DNA of 64,000 nt, taken from an uncultured Alphaproteobacteria bacterium. Its GTDB lineage: Bacteria > Pseudomonadota > Alphaproteobacteria > Rhizobiales > Xanthobacteraceae. Made by a program: the position numbers and the translations under genes. The notes beneath the pieces were generated by a model, which was not told the DNA's origin, did no database searches, and saw only the letters and a list, made by a program, of their open reading frames with translations. Positions within the stretch are counted from its first letter, which is position 1. Every line of letters starts with the position of its first letter. Positions 60,208 through 64,000 of this stretch are shown piece after piece. The stretch lies in NCBI GenBank assembly GCA_963795255.1, contig CAWCHC010000022.1, forward strand, positions 20,845 to 84,844, written 5' to 3'.

Positions 60208-60865
60208 TGATCAGCTCCGCGCGGGCACCGAGTTCCAGAAAGATCGCTCCATACAAGCGATAAAATATCTTGGAATTATCGATGATGATCCGTTGGGTGC
60301 CTGCGTCATCGAAGCCATCGACGAGTTTACGGAAGAACGCGACATGATCGGTGTCCAGGGACCCGTGCGTGCGAAGGTAAGTGAAACCGGCATCGCTTGC
60401 GAGACCGAGGGACGCCTTCATGGCATTGGCAAGCTTATCCGCCAGAAGTACGGAGATTCCTTCAAGGACGTGGACGCTGCCTAAAAAGGCATAAGGGCTG
60501 ATGTGCTCGATCGCATAGTAGGCGTATCCCACCATGATCTGACATGGTGCGCCCGGAGTGCTCGTTCGAACCGCATCCGGATTTCCGCCTACCGCTTGAA
60601 TGTCTTCCAAAATCCATTTTTCGTGACCACGCTCTTCCTTCATATATTCTACCAGCGCATCTTGATATCTCTCATCAGCAGTGCGCGAGGCGGCCAGCGC
60701 GAGTAGTGGAAACGTATGTTTTACATGATGGTAGGCTTCGGTAAGGAAATCGATGTAAAGGCTGCGGGACGCGCCGTTTTGGATTGCATGCTTCACAATC
60801 GGTATTGCGAGAAATGACTCGCGGTCGTTCGCGGTTTCACGCATTAGACGTTCGTAGAAGCTCAT
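60197..60865 (-). CDS. Heme-oxygenase-like (TenA/PqqC/CADD fold) iron-containing redox protein
   Basis: FLTEAYHHVKHT, EERGHEKWIL.D, HVLEG, YL.THG.LD.DH: a Glu/His-rich dimetal ligand pattern. Confidence 0.85.
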   Translation of the reverse strand: MSFYERLMRETANDRESFLAIPIVKHAIQNGASRSLYIDFLTEAYHHVKHTFPLLALAASRTADERYQDALVEYMKEERGHEKWILEDIQAVGGNPDAVRTSTPGAPCQIMVGYAYYAIEHISPYAFLGSVHVLEGISVLLADKLANAMKASLGLASDAGFTYLRTHGSLDTDHVAFFRKLVDGFDDAGTQRIIIDNSKIFYRLYGAIFLELGARAELISAA

Positions 60866-62343
60866 ATCTCGGCCTTTCCGTTTTCGAAAGATGGCGCCGA
60901 CTGGGCCTTCGCAGCGACAAACTTTGCGATTTGTGGGCGGGCCGGCCGACCGTTGGTCAGGAGTTGATTATCGATCGCCTCCTGGAGTGACGTGACCACC
61001 ACAGCGCGCGGCACCGCATATTCGGGCGCGCCCGAGCAGCAATCCGAGATCAAACGCAGCACCTCATCATGGCTTGCATGAGCAAACCATGATTCACCGG
61101 GACCGGACGGCACGATGACGGCGGAAAGATGTGGTTCGCCGTGCCCAACCACAGCGCAAAATGCAATGCGAAGATCCCCGAGCAGCATCGTCTCGATCCA
61201 TTCCGGGCTGATATTCCGGCCGTAGGAAGTGACGATAAGACTGTCCTTGCGACCCCTTATTTTAAGAAAACCTTCTGAATCGAACGCGCCAAGATCGCCC
61301 GTTCGCCACGGCCGCTCCGCAGGACCCTGACCCAAATAGCCGTCAGTGATCGAGGGCCCGTTGACGACGACCTCTTGGTCTTCGATCGACACATCGAGCC
61401 CGCTAAGCGGTCGCCCGACGGTATCCGAGCGGCGGTCGCCAAGCCGGTTAAGCGAGACAACAGAACAGCACTCGGAAAGGCCATAGCCTTCATGGACAGG
61501 TATTCCTAGCTCCCACGCAGCGCTCGCAACCTGGTGAGGCACGGGCGCTCCGCCTACCGCAACGAATCGCAACGAGTTCGGTGCCCGCGTATTCGCTGCC
61601 CGAAGCTCTCCTACCCATTGCTTTAACAACTGAGGCACGACCACACTGATCGTCGGTTGTCTCAAATCAAATACCTTTGAAATTCCCCTTGCGTTACCAC
61701 GGCCGACCCGTTCAGCAATATCCGAGTCAAAATGAACGCGAGCTCCAATCAAGGTTGGAATAAAGATCGAACAAATCGCTTCTAGTAGAAGCGGCAACGG
61801 CAATACCGAGAGATAGACGTCCTCCGAGGTCGCGCCGATCGCATTTGCCAGAGCTTCGGCCGACCAAGCGATCTGCCCACTCTCATGTCGAACACCCTTC
61901 GGCTGCCCGGTGCTTCCGGAAGTAAAAATAATCTGGCCAAACCCGTCTAATGGCTCTGGCGAGCCCATTAGCGGGGATTGATCCTCAATCAGGAGTGTCC
62001 TTACTCCCGACTCACGCGCCATTTTCACTGTTTGATCAGTGGTGAGAATCAACCCAACAGACGCCGCACGCACGACATGCCCAAGTTGGGCTGAGCTGAA
62101 AAAGGTCGGCAGGGGTACGGCAATCTTGCCAGCGATCATACAAGCGAGTTGAGCAATGACCCAATGGATGCCGTTCGGCGCCAATATTCCCACTGCGCCG
62201 GGGTGGCCTTTGATGGTGGCGGCCAAACCGTTTACTTTACCGACGAGCTCACCGCGACGAATGGCACCGGAGCCATCGCTCATAGCGATTTTGTCGCCGC
62301 CCTCGAAAGCATGGCGATGCAACGCGTTAAAGAGTTTTCGCAT
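60862..62343 (-). CDS. AMP-binding enzyme (long-chain acyl-CoA synthetase-like)
   Basis: FTSGSTGQPKGV, VGGAP, HEGYGLSEC, WRTGDLG, GRK..LIVTS.GRNISPEWIE. ATG at 62343. Confidence 0.92.
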   Translation of the reverse strand: MRKLFNALHRHAFEGGDKIAMSDGSGAIRRGELVGKVNGLAATIKGHPGAVGILAPNGIHWVIAQLACMIAGKIAVPLPTFFSSAQLGHVVRAASVGLILTTDQTVKMARESGVRTLLIEDQSPLMGSPEPLDGFGQIIFTSGSTGQPKGVRHESGQIAWSAEALANAIGATSEDVYLSVLPLPLLLEAICSIFIPTLIGARVHFDSDIAERVGRGNARGISKVFDLRQPTISVVVPQLLKQWVGELRAANTRAPNSLRFVAVGGAPVPHQVASAAWELGIPVHEGYGLSECCSVVSLNRLGDRRSDTVGRPLSGLDVSIEDQEVVVNGPSITDGYLGQGPAERPWRTGDLGAFDSEGFLKIRGRKDSLIVTSYGRNISPEWIETMLLGDLRIAFCAVVGHGEPHLSAVIVPSGPGESWFAHASHDEVLRLISDCCSGAPEYAVPRAVVVTSLQEAIDNQLLTNGRPARPQIAKFVAAKAQSAPSFENGKAEI

Positions 62344-62639
62344 TAATCGGTCCCAGGCCTTGCGCGCCGCTCCGGCCGGACGCAAACGCACCGCTTTCGA
62401 CCGCGAAAGTCTCTGCATCCGAATTGCTGGAGCTGAGCTTCATGGCTCGCTGCCATCGCTTTCCCGCATCGGCGCGAAACGACCGGAGCGGCAGCAGTCC
62501 ACCGACTCGGTCGCAAAATTCAGCCGTCTCAGGAGAGCGGAAACGGCCGTCGACTTCGATGCTAGCGATGATTAACGTCAATTTTGTTCGACCCAGTCGG
62601 CGCGGCTACGCCATGAGTTGGCAGGGGTGCGCCGCCAGA

Positions 62640-62655
62640 CTTACCTCTTCCTTAC
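62640..62655 (-). promoter_or_regulatory. GTAAG-N6-GTAAG direct repeat, candidate OmpR/QseB-family response regulator box
   Basis: cttac-ctcttc-cttac on +, 11-bp period, between the kinase stop and the AMP-ligase operon. Confidence 0.55.
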
Positions 62656-62687
62656 GGGCTCAAGGCTGCTTCGTGGCTTATGTATGG

Positions 62688-64000
62688 CTAATTTGCGGCG
62701 CTTCTGATGGGGTTGATGCGCTCATTGATAGCCAGAAACCGCATGGTGACGAGGGCCCCGTCTGAATGATTCGCAATTAACAATTCACCCATATGAGCAA
62801 GCATGGTGCGCCGAACGATCGACAATCCCAAACCGACGCCGCCCGGTCGCCCGCTGCTAAATTGTTCACGCGGCTGACATTGCGAGGCAAGCATTGCGTC
62901 CGAAAAGCCAGGACCGTGATCCAGCACTGCAATCGAGGGGACGTCGTCAACGATCACCGAGACGGTGGATTCCGGCGGCGCGTGGTCTATCCCATTCTCG
63001 ACGAGATTGCGAAGCGCCCTAAAGATATAGTCGTGTGCCCCGACAATTCGGACCGGCTTTTCGCCGCCCAGAACTTCAACCGAACGCCCCTTGGCGATAG
63101 CGATAGGAGCAAGAAAGCTAGTCACTTCCCTCGCTACTTCCCCAAGATCGAGCAGGTCGTCATCTTCAAAACGAATGCCGTTTAATCGCATTCGATCGAG
63201 CAGTTGCAGAACCAGGCGCTCCATACCAAGAAAATCTTGCTCCAATATACGGGCAAGCGGTGTCTGGGAGACTGCAAGCTGCGCTTTGATGACGGCAAGT
63301 GGTGTCCGCAACTCGTGAGCTACGTCAGCAACAAACGCTTCTAGCGATCGGAAACCACTCTGCAGCCGGTCGAGCGCTCGATTCACGGCACGCACAAGAA
63401 CAAGAATATCTTCGGGAATTTTTCCTTCGGCGAGCCGCAGGGTAACGCTTCCGGGTCCAATCCGTTCGACCTGCCTCACGGCTTCGCCTAGTGGTTTCAG
63501 AGCGATACGCGCGACGACAAGATTGGTCGCCAAAATTAGCAGGAGGAACACGAACCAGATCCATGCAATGTCCTGGATGAATTCCTCCAAGACAGAATCA
63601 TAGACGACCGAACTTGACGGAAAGGCTACCTGGACGAAGAACGGCTGAGCTTGATCGAGAACCCTGAGAGAAAGACCGTAAACAGGCCTTTTGTTTCTTA
63701 ATGTTCTTGGCAGCGCGAACAGGCGCTGATCGACTTGGTCGAGCGGGAACAATGCTGAAGCTATTCCATTCGAAGCGGCAATCACGTCTTGTGTCGGCGA
63801 GACTATCGCAAATGTACCCCCCGCTTCAGAAATACGCGCGGCTGTTGCTTCAATAGCGACCGGAATCGCCTCTTTCGAAGACCGAATATCTCGTACCAAG
63901 CTTTCAGCAAAGCTGCGTAGGGTGTCGTCACGGAAGCGGGTATCGAGCGAGTTCGAACCGGAAATAAAGGAAGGCCGCCGTAGCAGCCATCGCCAACACG
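62688..64000 (-). CDS. Sensor histidine kinase (QseC/PmrB-like), 5' end outside the window, apparent +1 frameshift near 63955
   Basis: TM + HAMP, FVADVAHELRTPL (H box), LRNLVENG (N box), DHGPG, GVGLGLSIV. The first TM (VLAMAATAAFLYF) lies in another frame at the window edge. Confidence 0.9.
   Translation of the reverse strand, partial: CWRWLLRRPSFISGSNSLDTRFRDDTLRSFAESLVRDIRSSKEAIPVAIEATAARISEAGGTFAIVSPTQDVIAASNGIASALFPLDQVDQRLFALPRTLRNKRPVYGLSLRVLDQAQPFFVQVAFPSSSVVYDSVLEEFIQDIAWIWFVFLLLILATNLVVARIALKPLGEAVRQVERIGPGSVTLRLAEGKIPEDILVLVRAVNRALDRLQSGFRSLEAFVADVAHELRTPLAVIKAQLAVSQTPLARILEQDFLGMERLVLQLLDRMRLNGIRFEDDDLLDLGEVAREVTSFLAPIAIAKGRSVEVLGGEKPVRIVGAHDYIFRALRNLVENGIDHAPPESTVSVIVDDVPSIAVLDHGPGFSDAMLASQCQPREQFSSGRPGGVGLGLSIVRRTMLAHMGELLIANHSDGALVTMRFLAINERINPIRSAAN

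Overview
A 64-kb accessory region, most likely from a Bradyrhizobium-like alphaproteobacterium (inferred from an NdvB-like GH17 gene and a tRNA-Gly(TCC) remnant). Almost all genes lie on the minus strand. Two imperfect copies of an att-like repeat carrying the tRNA-Gly 3' end (about 1.1-1.2 kb and 15.6-15.7 kb) suggest island accretion, but no integrase is visible. There are six modules. (A) 2.1-15.2 kb: TetR-linked N-heterocycle catabolic operon (NicX-like dioxygenase, CoxG, three-subunit molybdenum hydroxylase, alpha/beta hydrolase, Liv-type ABC, GST, pentein hydrolase). (B) 15.8-22.3 kb: Rid proteins, Rbs-type ABC, a small ribbon-helix-helix (RHH) protein coupled to a DUF1989 protein with its own RHH-like tail, and an XRE-cupin regulator. 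(C) 22.6-33.1 kb: BMP-type ABC, HapE-like Baeyer-Villiger monooxygenase, cupin, atypical M24 hydrolase, and a divergent XRE-cupin with two isochorismatase-family genes. (D) 33.1-36.4 kb: PuuE-like and NicC-like genes plus a scar of gene fragments. (E) 36.5-53.1 kb: LacI-linked module with an NtaA/DmoA monooxygenase, two flavin reductases, two Liv-type ABC systems, a single-chain triple-RidA protein, an ACMSD-like amidohydrolase, DUF1185 and Rid. (F) 53.5-64 kb: putative biosynthetic cluster downstream of a sensor kinase (AMP-ligase, heme-oxygenase-like diiron protein, SDR, two TPR paralogs, methyltransferase, class III aminotransferase with a nonsense codon, type III PKS, FAD oxidoreductase). 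Seven genes carry +1 frameshifts, mostly in short homopolymers (probably assembly errors), and two carry in-frame stops where Gln is expected. All family assignments come from motif recognition by eye, not database searches.
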